From: Porphyridium purpureum
Lineage: Eukaryota
Assembly (NCBI GenBank): GCA_008690995.1
Contig: VRMN01000008.1
Coordinates: 620,001 to 684,000 of the forward strand
Direction of reading: 5' to 3'
Length of the DNA: 64,000 bases
A model generated the notes under the pieces. That model was not told where the DNA came from, searched no databases, and worked only from the letters and a program-made list of their open reading frames with translations. The first letter of the stretch is position 1. Each line of letters opens with the position of its first letter. Shown in pieces: positions 22,473 through 33,103 of this stretch. A program made the translations under genes and the position numbers.

Positions 22473-23852
22473 CTACACATTTCGTGTCGTCTTTGCTCTT
22501 TGTTTGGACCGTGACGCTCGCGAACGGTCACGCTCACGCTTTGTACTCTTGTGCTCTCTGCGCAAGCCGAGCATACGTTGCAACCCTTGCAGAAGACTTC
22601 GCACGTGCGACCGGAGCCGGTAGCTGAGCACAATGGCTACGCAGGAGAAATAGAACGCGTACGCAAGCGCAGCGGCGACGCCAAAGTCGACGAGATCATC
22701 CGAAAGGGCCGGTCTCCAAGCGTTTCGGTAGAAATGCCATGCAATGACCACGTAACCACTCATTGAGAAAAGCAGCCACTTGAAGTCAAGCGAAATGGCG
22801 GCGCCGGGGCTCGCAGGGAGCGCGTTCGAGCCTGTTCCGGTGCCAGCGATGTGCACCAACAGCGCCATGACCACGAAGGCCGAAACAATCACCCACAGGA
22901 TGAGCGAGCCGAGCATTAGGGTTGGAGAGGATTGACGCAAGTGCTCGAGCGGCTTTTTGTCCACCAGAGCGCCAAGCACACTGCAGAACATGGCGTGTGA
23001 GAGCAGTATTCCGTTGCCAAGAAACGCAACTTGTACTGCGGTGAGCGTGCCCACGTGCCGCACGAAGAACAGCACGAGGCTGGTCACAAAGATGATGGGC
23101 ACCAACACAATCATGGTCCACAGCGCGGCCGCGAGGAGAGGGTTCTCAAAGATACTTAAGCGCTCCTCGACCTGCTCGAAAATGCGACGCTGGATTTTGG
23201 ACGTGAGCGCCAGCTCGCGCGCCATTGGCCTAGCAATGGCCTGGGATTTTTTCAGGAAGCCATACTGCGTCTTGGCCAGCACATACTTGCCCTTATTCTC
23301 GAGCCAGTCGTCAAAGTCTGCGGTGGAGTAGCGGGCGAGAATCTCGCTGCAGTCGGTGTGCACCACGTCGATCGCCGACTGTGTCCACGCGATCTTGCGC
23401 GCGAGCTCATGCAGAGAGGAGTTTGTCAGAGTCAGCGAGCGCAGCAGCTCATCGGCGTCATGCGCGCGCTCTGCGAGACTGATTTCTAGATTTGTGTCCC
23501 GGATCGACAGCGACTCGTTCTGCGCACGCAACTGCTCCAACCGGCTGCTCTGGTCAGCGCGACGCTGCATGGCGTCATCCAACTTGGCGCGCATCTCCTT
23601 GACGCGCGCGCGCTTCTGCTGCAACTCGACATGCTGTGCTTCTGTCCACTGCCCATGCCGCTGGTCTGCACCACCCGCACCGGCAGCGGCTGCGGCTGCG
23701 CCACCAGACGCCGACTTGGCGCCGGCACGGCGCAACACCACAAACGCGTCGTCCTCAAACTCGTCGTCGTCCTGCGCGGCGGCGAGCCACGCCAGCGCGG
23801 CCAGCAGCAGAACGATCAGGTGCGGCACGCGGATGTGCAAGCCGGGAGTCAT
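22473..23852 (-). CDS. Hypothetical protein: signal peptide, coiled coil, multi-pass C-terminal membrane domain
   Basis: MTPGLHIRVPHLIVLLLAALAWLAAA signal; heptad-rich middle; about 5 hydrophobic segments. Confidence 0.75.
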   Translation of the reverse strand: MTPGLHIRVPHLIVLLLAALAWLAAAQDDDEFEDDAFVVLRRAGAKSASGGAAAAAAGAGGADQRHGQWTEAQHVELQQKRARVKEMRAKLDDAMQRRADQSSRLEQLRAQNESLSIRDTNLEISLAERAHDADELLRSLTLTNSSLHELARKIAWTQSAIDVVHTDCSEILARYSTADFDDWLENKGKYVLAKTQYGFLKKSQAIARPMARELALTSKIQRRIFEQVEERLSIFENPLLAAALWTMIVLVPIIFVTSLVLFFVRHVGTLTAVQVAFLGNGILLSHAMFCSVLGALVDKKPLEHLRQSSPTLMLGSLILWVIVSAFVVMALLVHIAGTGTGSNALPASPGAAISLDFKWLLFSMSGYVVIAWHFYRNAWRPALSDDLVDFGVAAALAYAFYFSCVAIVLSYRLRSHVRSLLQGLQRMLGLRREHKSTKRERDRSRASRSKQRAKTTRNV

Positions 23853-25542
23853 TATCGCGCGGCGACCGCGCCGCTCGCATCGCATCGCGCGCGCAGTCTC
23901 TTGGCCATGCGCGCATCGGTAGGAGACACGCGACACGCACAGCCGAAGAGGTACAGCTTCCCGATGGCGAGGTACAGTTTAATTTTGGGATGACAACTGT
24001 ACCCGAAGTTCAGTGCAGTGTGATTGAATCGCGTTGTCTGATCAGACAGCGCGGCTCGGCTGGTGCGCGGGTGTGGAAGAGAGGGCAAAGGGGTGGTGCG
24101 GGGCAGTTGGGAACGACGACTCGCCGTCCAAGCGACCTTCTGCCGCTTCAGCGGATGGAGTGCTCTGTCCTCGGCGACTCGCTTCCGCTGCTGGTCTTGG
24201 AGAAAGGTTCGCTCTCAGCTTGCTCGTTTCTGGGCACGCGTTTGAAATTCCTCTCGCACTCGCCGATCCCCAAACGTGTGCTTCGGCTCACGTCTGTGAT
24301 AGTACCGTGAAGACGCTTTGTGCAGACCGGGCAGCTACGAGCAGCATGGCGCATGGCCCGTCTACCATCTGGGTGACGTCGGCGGAGACTGCCTGTCACA
24401 GTCGATACCATACTTCCACATGCCTCTGCCTTTCTACAAACCGCTCATCCCGCAAGCGTGAAAGAGACATATGCTGACCAAAAAGCGCGCACCCAATCCA
24501 GGTAAATGCAAGGCGTGATCGTCTGTCGTAAGATTTCGACCACGTACGCCCATCCCGACTGTCTCGACTAGCTGTGTGGCGAGCGGGTGTCAAGCAGACA
24601 AGAAAGCAAGCAAAGCGGTCGCACGCTCGCATGGACAGACTGGAGCCACGCGCCCGTTCCATTCCATCCGCACAAACGATCCAACATCACAGCGGTGGGC
24701 CCCCACCCTCAAAATGAGAAGAACGAGGATAAAGCAAAGGATGCCAACGCGCTGTCCATATCGGGGTGTGCTCGGTTATTTTCCAGCCCCGTTTCCGTTC
24801 ACGCACAAACCTCTTCCAAAACATCACGTCATGCCTTTTGCGCGCACACATATGCCGCGAGAGTAAGAAGAACACCAGAAACAACAAGGTATCGGAGTAT
24901 TTTGCGCCCAACAAAGCGGACAGGGATACACCGACCGACCGACCGAGCGACCGACCGACACAGCGATAGGCCGAGCAGCTGGCAACCGTGCACGGTACGG
25001 CTGGTGTGCGTGTGTGTATTTTTGTTTCCACGCGGCGCGGCAAGAGCTGACCGGGGAGGAACCCTAGCGCGATACCGCCTGCGGAGCGTTTTGGGCCATC
25101 CACTCCGACTGCGTTTATATTCGATGATTCACTCACCCGAAACGACAGGCACTTCCCCTCATCCCTTCCGCGCGTGCGCTGTTTGGCACGAACCAAAGCG
25201 AGCCTCGTAAAACCACACCGTTTCGCACGCTTTGTGGATTTTTTTTTTATGGTGGGGCGGTTTGTTGTGTGTGTATTTTCGGGTTTCTCTCTGTATGTGT
25301 CGCTCTGTGTCTCTCTCTCTCTTCCAGAAGCGCTGCGTGTGTTGTGTTTGTGTGTGTGGGCATGCTGTGAGCGCGGCTGTGCGTTGTGAAAGCGGCTGTG
25401 CTTCACCGGCTTGTGCGTCACGAGCTAAGCCGTCTTTCGACAGCCATGAAACACACAAAGCACCTCTGGCAAGATCGGTGTGCCGCAAAAGCGCTCCTAA
25501 TCTCACTGCACGCGTTGCACCGGCTCTAGAGGGACGCGTGAG

Positions 25543-25550
25543 TATATAAA
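25543..25550 (+). promoter_or_regulatory. Putative TATA box of the bZIP gene
   Basis: TATATAAA in GC-rich context about 120 bp upstream of ATG 25667. Confidence 0.4.
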
Positions 25551-25666
25551 GCTTGCGCGACTTTGCACACAGACAGGAGGTTGGTGCAACGGGAGGGTAA
25601 GACAAGTGGGCACGAGGTAGAAGAAGAGTTTCCTAGTATCGTGCGCGAAGGAAGGAAAGTAGAACG

Positions 25667-26431
25667 ATGGATACCTTGGCATACACCCTGCAGGACCAGT
25701 CGGACCTGCCCTCATTGTGGGGCAGCTGCAGTAATCTGTTCGGGCTGAACGCGTCGTGTGGCGACGCGATGTTGCTTCCGGAGACGGATGACTTGGACGA
25801 GCATGTGATGGTGAACGCGGGCACAGACATGGACAACTATGCACAGGTACCCGGCTCGGCCATGACGCCGCAGCTGAAGGGCCCGGCGCATGCCGCTGTT
25901 GTGCCTTCTTTCTACGCCGAGGAACAGGAGCGCTCACAGCTCCCATTGGCAACAGCGCCAACGCCTCAGCTTTGGGACACGGGCTATTCGAAGCAGCAAC
26001 AAACGTCGTCTTACGAGCACGAAGATGAGCATGACGATGAAGACGAGGAAGAGTGCGACGACAACGACCAAGTAGTGCCCGGTGCGAACGACAGCAGTCC
26101 AGCTTTCAAGCGCCGCCGCGTTGGCCGAGGACACGTGGAGCAGCTGGATTTGATGCCTGAGGAGTTTGCCGATCTGAAAGGCACGACTGCAATGCAGGCA
26201 CGCCGTATGACCCCCGATGAGCGCGAGATTGTATTGATGAAGCGAAAGCTGAGGAATCGCCAGTCCGCCAAACGCTCGCGCGTAAAGCGTCAGCTCACTC
26301 TCAACGAGCTAAACGAGGAATACAGAGACCTTGTTGACAGCTCTGCGCAGATGCGCCAGACTATCATGGACCTTATTAACGCGAACAAGCAGCTGCAGGC
26401 GGAGAACGCGCGCTTGCGCGCAAGGAACTAA
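25667..26431 (+). CDS. bZIP transcription factor
   Basis: Basic region KRKLRNRQSAKRSRVKR followed by leucine-zipper heptads; acidic N-terminal region. Confidence 0.92.
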   Translation: MDTLAYTLQDQSDLPSLWGSCSNLFGLNASCGDAMLLPETDDLDEHVMVNAGTDMDNYAQVPGSAMTPQLKGPAHAAVVPSFYAEEQERSQLPLATAPTPQLWDTGYSKQQQTSSYEHEDEHDDEDEEECDDNDQVVPGANDSSPAFKRRRVGRGHVEQLDLMPEEFADLKGTTAMQARRMTPDEREIVLMKRKLRNRQSAKRSRVKRQLTLNELNEEYRDLVDSSAQMRQTIMDLINANKQLQAENARLRARN

Positions 26432-26606
26432 TTGGTTCTGCGACTGGGAAAATTTGCAGGTCGCTTGACCAAGGAGACGCTGGCGATAGGGTCTGCCCTC
26501 CACTCACTATTTAACGGCATTGTTTCGTGTCGATGACGGCTACGTCCTCGAGACGAATGTACTACAAGAGTAAAACTATATGTAAGATTAAGTATGTGGA
26601 GTAATT

Positions 26607-27155
26607 TTACAAACAGTACGTCACAAACTCTTGCCACGATATGACGCCGTTTTGATCCTTGTCGACATCTCGGAATAAACGCGTCATTTCGCCTTCCGGT
26701 ATTCGAGCGCCCTTCCCTGTGAGACGCAGCAGCAGCGCAAATTCATCAAAATCGAGTACGCCATTGGCGTCCTTATCTACCGCGTGAAAGATCTTCTGCA
26801 GACGCGTGAGCTCGTCGTCCGGGTCCTTTGCGCGCTCCAGTGCGCGGACGACCTCGAGACACTCCTCCATGCCCAGCATGGCGGTCTTGGGCACGGAGCT
26901 CAGGATCTCGGCGCACGCCTCGTACCCCAAAGACGTCAAGACCGACTCCAGGTTCTCCACCGAAACGACGCCTGTCCTTGAGGCGTCATACTTGGCCAAT
27001 GCCTGTCGGACGCGCTCCTCCTGAGCCTCACTGAGCAACGTCAAGTCGCCCAGGTCCAACAGAAACGCCGCGCCGCCACTGCCCTTCCCTGGCCCAACTT
27101 CCTCAGCCTCGTACTGCAAGTCGTCCTCGTCGATTTCCAGCGACGGAAACGCCAT
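26607..27155 (-). CDS. Calmodulin-like EF-hand Ca2+-binding protein
   Basis: EF loops DASRTGVVSVEN, DKDANGVLDFDE, DKDQNGVISWQE. Confidence 0.9.
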   Translation of the reverse strand: MAFPSLEIDEDDLQYEAEEVGPGKGSGGAAFLLDLGDLTLLSEAQEERVRQALAKYDASRTGVVSVENLESVLTSLGYEACAEILSSVPKTAMLGMEECLEVVRALERAKDPDDELTRLQKIFHAVDKDANGVLDFDEFALLLRLTGKGARIPEGEMTRLFRDVDKDQNGVISWQEFVTYCL

Positions 27156-27202
27156 GTCGTTCACGTCGCGCAGCGTTCAAAAGACACTATGACCCGGTCA
27201 CT

Positions 27203-27362
27203 CGGCAACACGGCAACACGGCAACACGGCAACACGGCAACACGGCAACACGGCAACACGGCAACACGGCAACACGGCAACACGGCAACACGGCAACACG
27301 CTCACACGGCAACACGGTCACACGCTCACACGGCAACACGGTCACACGCTCACACGGCCACA
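27203..27362. repeat. 8-bp tandem array (CGGCAACA)x12 grading into a 24-bp higher-order repeat
   Basis: 12 perfect units at 27203-27298, then CGCTCACA/CGGCAACA/CGGTCACA triplets to 27362. Confidence 0.95.
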
Positions 27363-28700
27363 ACCTCCCAACCTCTTCCCAGTCACGCTTTGAAGCGCCC
27401 TACACCCGCCCCCACACCTTTTCGCCCTCCTCCCCCCGCAACCTAATTCATCGCTTCCCCGCCCAACCACTGTACACCCACACCCACATTACACTACGCA
27501 CTGAACACGCTAACCATGGAGTCCATGAAAGCATTCTATTTTGATACGGTGTCAGTTTGTGCTCGTACGGCATCGAAAAATCGGAAAACATGCCAAGGTC
27601 ACAATTAGGCTAGGGTTTCGTCCTTGTTGCAAGTTGCGGTTCGAAGGTTTGATGCTGCGAGAGATGGGCGAGGCACAAATGCAGTTCGCGTCGCGCGGCG
27701 CGCCGCACCGTGGAGCACGCCAAGGGCGCGTTGCACTGCCGGCAGATGTTCAAGCAGGCTGCAGGTTGATGTTTGTCGTGGCCTTTTGTGCTGGACGTGG
27801 AAACGGCGCCATGAACACTTGAAAGCAGCGGAACCTGACACGCAGTGACGTGCAGTGGATCTGCGCGTGCGCGCGGCAGAGTTGAGCTCCGTGCTCGCTT
27901 CGGCGCGAGCTGTCACGTAGAGGCCGCGCCTTGGCGGTGCATTGTGCGTAGATACAGCAAACTCGCGAAGAAAGGTTGAGCGCAGAGCTCTCATCGATGA
28001 AGAGGCTGGCCATGTCAAATCCCTCAAAGCTGAGCATCTTCGCATAGAAACCAGTCGGACGGCTCTGATTAGTGTGATGTCTTGTTTGTCACCCGGTTCA
28101 CTTTCATCACAGAGTGAAAGTTCCTGGCAGTGGCTGCCACTTCTGGTGCCAAGCGGCGCTTCAGCGTAGCCCACTGTGCTCAGGAGATGAATCCACACGA
28201 ATAAGCGGTGGCTGTTGCACAGCCCTAAGCGAACGCCTGGAGGCACTGTCGAGGAGCATACGCGAACAACCGTCTTGTTGCACTACTAGAACGAACGGGC
28301 GGTTTGAACGGGTCTAAAGAAGCGGAGGCCTCTTGGCTTCCAAAGCTGAATAAGGTTAAAAGAGGGGAAGAGCCACCAGGTCACGAGCCTTCCGCGCGAC
28401 GGCACAGAGTTCCGGAACCTTACCTCGCACCTCATCACAACAAACACCCACACACACACAAATGGCACATGCGCGACTGGACGTTACGATAACTGCCAAA
28501 GCGAAGCTCTGCCAGCCACTAAATGGCCGTCCGCATAGACGGCAAAGGTGATGAAGGCGCTGGCAATCGACGGTTCTCCGAATCCTGGTCGAGGCCAATA
28601 ACGCCGGTGCCCAACGCGCATGCGCGAGACGATCCTTCACGGCTTGCGCGGAAGTAACGCCCCATTTCCAGGGTACAGTAGGTACAGCTGACGTCTGTTA

Positions 28701-30142
28701 AAGTGCGGACAAATAGGATAGGACCCCCCCAAATTTTTCTGGACTTTATAATAAATTCGATCGTTTTACTATGTAAGGCGGTGTTCTCCACTGGAGGTAC
28801 AGTGAAACGCGCGCACAAAAAGGATAGGACCGGGAACAATATCAGCGACAATCCAAGGCTGCGCGTGGACAGGCGGCACGAATTTTCATCTTCGTGTGCG
28901 CTCATGTGCGACACAATCGCTCATGTACCATGCGACGCAAATGCGGACTCTCAGAGCGCGGAAAAAGAGCCATTTTGGCCTTCAAGGCAGCATGCGACGC
29001 TCTGCAGGGAATATCGCGTAAGATAAACCGCTCCGGTAGCGCAATTCGCCGCTTCTCAGCAGGTACTGATGCCTACAGTCTCAAGTACACTTCCACCAAC
29101 CCGTCGAAGCTCACGCCGGCCGTTGTCGAAAGGATCACGAATGGTGAAAGTTTGAGCGAGCTTTTCAAAAAGCGTGACTACTAGCCGAGGATCTGCTCCT
29201 GCAGAGGAAAAACTATTGCATCATGGACCACAGTCCGGAGCGCAATGCACCAGCAATATGCCTTCCATCGTGTGGTGAATAATCTGTCTTTTGACACTCG
29301 ACCGAAAGCTAGCAAGACTTGACTGTGCCAGAGCTCAAACGTCGTTTCGTGAAAAGTGAAAGAAGATTGTTTCTTCTGACGAGAAAAGGTTCGATTTCGA
29401 TGTGCTCAGATGTCTTTCACGCCGCATGGTCAAATGAAGTGGATGATACTCATTCGTGCTGGTCTAATTATACTGCGGGGGAAGCATCATGATCTGGGGC
29501 AAAATTTTGAGCTGTAAACGTTTGTGTTTGCACATTGGTGAAGGCAGAGTGAGTGCAGATAGGTACGTGCGCATGTTGCAGGGCAAAGAGAAGCTTCAGA
29601 AACGCCGCGATTTAGAGAACCATGGCTTCATATGGGTGAAAGAAAATACGAAGCGGCAAACTACTGACCAAGAAGGCAGCATTTTCGAAGCAGCCATGTC
29701 CACATTATGGAGTGGTTTGAGTACTTTCCAGACTTCAGCATGGTTGCCAACGTCTGAGGAATACAGACCGCAAGATTATTGGGGACCAAAGGCAGTACGC
29801 GACCGTGGACCGGCTAAAGAATGCTGTTTTTGCTGCGCAAGGCGCTGTTGAGCTGGCTAGCTTCAACATACTCCATTTGTCAGTGGAAAATCGAATGTGG
29901 ATATGTGCGCAACGTCAGCGTGCATAGGTGGGAGGCAATCCGAGTCGATTCCGCCCGCGCCTTGTTGCGCAATTGCACGCACAAAGTTGGGGGTCCTATC
30001 CTATTTGACCATCTTTTTTGTCCTTTTTCCGTGCCCTTCTTCCGTTTCTTGTCCTTTTCATACTAAAACACTTTATTTTTAATATAAAACTCTAAAATTG
30101 AGTATAAAATTGTGGGGGGTCCTATCCATTCTGGTCGCACTT
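28701..30142 (+). mobile_element. Tc1/mariner-superfamily (Tc3-like) DNA transposon, non-autonomous/decayed, 1,442 bp
   Basis: TA at 28699-28700 and 30143-30144; imperfect TIRs AAGTGCG-N8-GGATAGGACCCCCC at both ends; inner copies of the GGATAGGACC core at 28822-28831 and 29992-30001; AT-richer than flanks; transposase remnants inside. Confidence 0.9.
28930..29980 (+). pseudogene. Degenerate Tc3-like transposase
   Basis: MRRKCGLSERGKRAI...ISRKINRSGSAIRRF (Tc3-type HTH); K*KKIVSSDEKRFDFD (first catalytic Asp at 29378, conserved Trp now TGA at 29357); GGSIMIWG at 29477; decayed DN and WP..SPDLNPIE motifs; stops and frameshifts. Confidence 0.85.
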
Positions 30143-30263
30143 TATTTGACAGAAAACGGGGGGAACCCTAATTGAGGCAGCGGGCGCGACGACGCGGCAC
30201 TTGCGCGGGTTGGGTTCTGGGTTTTTGGGTGAGGTTGGGTTAGTTGTTTGTGGATGCGGGACG

Positions 30264-31607
30264 ATGGCAGTGGCCTTCAGCGCGGCGTCTGCGTCGGTGT
30301 CCGCGTCGAGCTCGGCGCGATGGGCGGCCGTGGTCGCGCGAGCGCCGTCACGGTGCATGGCTGGAGCGGCGTTTGGTAGGGGCTCGCCGCAACGGACAGC
30401 GTCGATGAGCTTGCATCGTCGCTTGTATGATCAGCTCGTGCTGCTCCGGCATGTTCGCGTCGTGGAGTATGGGCATGCACGCGCGCGGTCGTCGGGCGCC
30501 TCGCTGATTCGGTACTGTGCTTCCGAATCGGTCCCTGCGGGCGCAGACACAACCCGCGCCGCGGCGCGCTCTTCGGAGCTGCAGGCGAATGATGGCACAG
30601 TGTCAGGAGAAGCAGAAGCGGCCGGTGACAACGCCGCGGCCGAGAAGGCATCTGTGCCGCTTCGACTGCACAGCGCCAGCGCGTGCATCCCGCATCCGGA
30701 CAAAGCCGAAACTGGCGGCGAGGACGCGCATTTTGTCACCTCGTGGGCACTGTCAGTGTTTGACGGCGTGGGCGGATGGCAATCAGTGGGTGTCGACAGC
30801 GGCGAATATTCTCGCACGCTGAGCTCGCATGTGGAGCGGAATATACTGCGGTACGGGCCGGAACATGTGGTGCGTGCACTTGAGGAGGCCAATATTGAGA
30901 CTGAGCGGAGCACTATAGGCTCGACCACCGCGTTGTGTGTTGCGCTCTGCACAGACACGTCGGTCTTGTACGGATGCAATGTTGGTGACTCTGGTCTGGT
31001 TGTTTTCCGCGACAACGAGGTAGTGTTCCGGACTAAGGAGCAACAGCACTACTTCAATTGTCCATACCAAATTGGCACGGAGAGCATGGATACGCCCACA
31101 AAGTCCGGTCAGCACTTTACTTGCATCTTGCGGCCGAACGATATGCTCGTACTGGGTACGGACGGCTTGTTCGATAACGTGACGAGCTCGGCGATCCTCA
31201 AGGAAATCCAGCGCGTCGACCCACGAAGTCACGCCGAACCCAAGCTCGTTGCCGATGCGATTGCGCAGCTCGCGTTCGACACCAGCTGCGACACAAAAAT
31301 CCTCACACCATTTGGGCATAGCGCCGCGCTGAATGGGTACCGTTATATTGGGGGCAAGCAGGATGACATCACCGTGATCTTCTCGCGGGTTTTGCCTCAC
31401 AGCCAAGAAGGACGTGAAGCTGAGATGGAGGACTCGAGCACAAGCTCTACAGGTGTGGAGGACTCGAGCACAAGCTCTACAGGTGTGGAGGACTCGAGCA
31501 CAAGCTCTAAAGGTGTGGAGGACGAAACCGACGACTCACAGTTAAGTATGCTCCAGCGGCAGATTACCAGAGTGCGGCGTAGTATTTTCAGGCGCCGGAA
31601 TCCCTAA
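30264..31607 (+). CDS. PTC7/PBCP-type PP2C protein phosphatase, probably organelle-targeted
   Basis: IPHPDKAETGGEDAHF, VFDGVGGW, NVGDSG, QQHYFNCPYQIG, GTDGLFDNV, GGKQDDITV; Ser/Ala/Arg-rich transit peptide. Confidence 0.92.
   Translation: MAVAFSAASASVSASSSARWAAVVARAPSRCMAGAAFGRGSPQRTASMSLHRRLYDQLVLLRHVRVVEYGHARARSSGASLIRYCASESVPAGADTTRAAARSSELQANDGTVSGEAEAAGDNAAAEKASVPLRLHSASACIPHPDKAETGGEDAHFVTSWALSVFDGVGGWQSVGVDSGEYSRTLSSHVERNILRYGPEHVVRALEEANIETERSTIGSTTALCVALCTDTSVLYGCNVGDSGLVVFRDNEVVFRTKEQQHYFNCPYQIGTESMDTPTKSGQHFTCILRPNDMLVLGTDGLFDNVTSSAILKEIQRVDPRSHAEPKLVADAIAQLAFDTSCDTKILTPFGHSAALNGYRYIGGKQDDITVIFSRVLPHSQEGREAEMEDSSTSSTGVEDSSTSSTGVEDSSTSSKGVEDETDDSQLSMLQRQITRVRRSIFRRRNP
31427..31523 (+). 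repeat. 30-bp coding tandem repeat x3.2 (EDSSTSSTGV)
   Basis: ggaggactcgagcacaagctctacaggtgt repeated with a single mismatch. Confidence 0.95.
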
Positions 31608-31694
31608 GAAACCAACAGTGGGGACTGAGAAAAAATAAAAATGAAAATGATGTTGGTGGAAAAGAAGCGCGGTTCAATTAGATGGACAAGAGGG

Positions 31695-33005
31695 TCACGC
31701 GGATTCCAAGGCATCTAATCTGCTCTGTACATCATCGAAGGCTGCCTTGATCAACTGCTTTTGACCCCTCCGGTATATGAGCGCAAACAGCTTCTTTTCG
31801 GTGAGCGAGCTGGTCTTGTGATGCTGATCCAACAATTCATCGTCGATTTCCAAGGACGTTGGATACGAGTAGAGCATAGCTTCGAGCAAGTTTAACGTTT
31901 GCTCAAGGACGCACGTTTCGTTCCGCACAGACACCATTTTGGAACAGACTTCAACCACGTTTTGCACGATAACGCCCTCCAGCTCTTCCTTGTTCATAAG
32001 CATGAGACGCAATGAAGGAAGCAGTTCATCTGTCAAGTGGACGGTCAGATTACTACTTGACTCCTGCCTTTTCCACGCGATCGAATGGTCGAGCGTAAAA
32101 TCATCCTCAAACATGCTCAGGAAGATCTGCTTCTTCATGTCGACTTCCAAATCCGCATCCTGAATCGGAGGGAACGAAATCTCGATGCTGTCGTGCGGAT
32201 TCGGATCCATCGCAAAGCCATAGTATTGCAGCGCCTGCCAATTGGTGAGCGGTGAGTATTGAAACTGCAGTTCTGAGCCTTTGACCACGCGTTGCTGTCC
32301 CTTGTACGTGATATTGAGCATCTCGGTCTCGGCATCATACACGCGATCAAAGTGCACACCTTCTGGTTGATGATTTGCCATGTCAACTAATGGCATGATG
32401 ATGGTAATATCCTCGTCCCCGATCGTGAGCCGAAACGCCCGCGAGTCAACCACGCTCACTGCCCACAGAAAATTATCCAGGTTCATCCACTCCAGTAGAG
32501 TTGGGTGATGTTCCGCTGCGTACGCTCTCACCTTGTCGAAGATCTCGGCCAGCTCCTGCTTGATTGCTAGCACAAGCGGGTGCAAGGGTGTGCCCAGCAG
32601 CCATTCCATTTCGTCGTCATCGTAAAACAAGGGCGACGAGAACGACGACGGCTGCAGCGCGAGATGAGGATACCAAAATGAGCTCTCGCCGCACGCACGC
32701 TCATGCATAAGGAACAGAACCATGTACAAGTTCTTGATCGAGTCGCTCGTCTCCTGGAACACCTCGGGCGGGATTGTGCGCAGCATTTGTCCCAGCTCGT
32801 TCTGCGCGGCCTGTGCGACCGCTGCCGACAGCATCAGCTTGCGCGGGATGCGCAGAAACACGTCACCACATGCCACATCGCGTGTCACGCACAGAGCGCG
32901 CCCGCCAGACGTGCCGCACGAAGCAATCGCCAGGCTGTACTCGGCGCCATTCTCCGTCATCCATGCCTCGAGTCGCTGAACTGCCTCTGAGTTCAGCAGC
33001 TCCAT
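31695..33005 (-). CDS. SET-domain protein methyltransferase (Rubisco-LSMT/SETD3-like)
   Basis: GRALCVTRDV, IPRKLML, SFWYPHL, FLWAVSVVDSRAF, MPLVDMANH, YGF, C-terminal substrate-binding YPTSLEID. Confidence 0.9.
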   Translation of the reverse strand: MELLNSEAVQRLEAWMTENGAEYSLAIASCGTSGGRALCVTRDVACGDVFLRIPRKLMLSAAVAQAAQNELGQMLRTIPPEVFQETSDSIKNLYMVLFLMHERACGESSFWYPHLALQPSSFSSPLFYDDDEMEWLLGTPLHPLVLAIKQELAEIFDKVRAYAAEHHPTLLEWMNLDNFLWAVSVVDSRAFRLTIGDEDITIIMPLVDMANHQPEGVHFDRVYDAETEMLNITYKGQQRVVKGSELQFQYSPLTNWQALQYYGFAMDPNPHDSIEISFPPIQDADLEVDMKKQIFLSMFEDDFTLDHSIAWKRQESSSNLTVHLTDELLPSLRLMLMNKEELEGVIVQNVVEVCSKMVSVRNETCVLEQTLNLLEAMLYSYPTSLEIDDELLDQHHKTSSLTEKKLFALIYRRGQKQLIKAAFDDVQSRLDALESA

Positions 33006-33103
33006 CGCACAGATCGCACGGCGGCGGCACTACCGGCGACCGCGTCCTTCCTAATTGCAATGCGCGGCATTTTCTAGGTTTTTACTAAACGACTGAAGCG
33101 AAG

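Noticed and set aside
27189..27446. ORF with GNTATRQH repeats
   Set aside because: Translation of the CGGCAACA array only.
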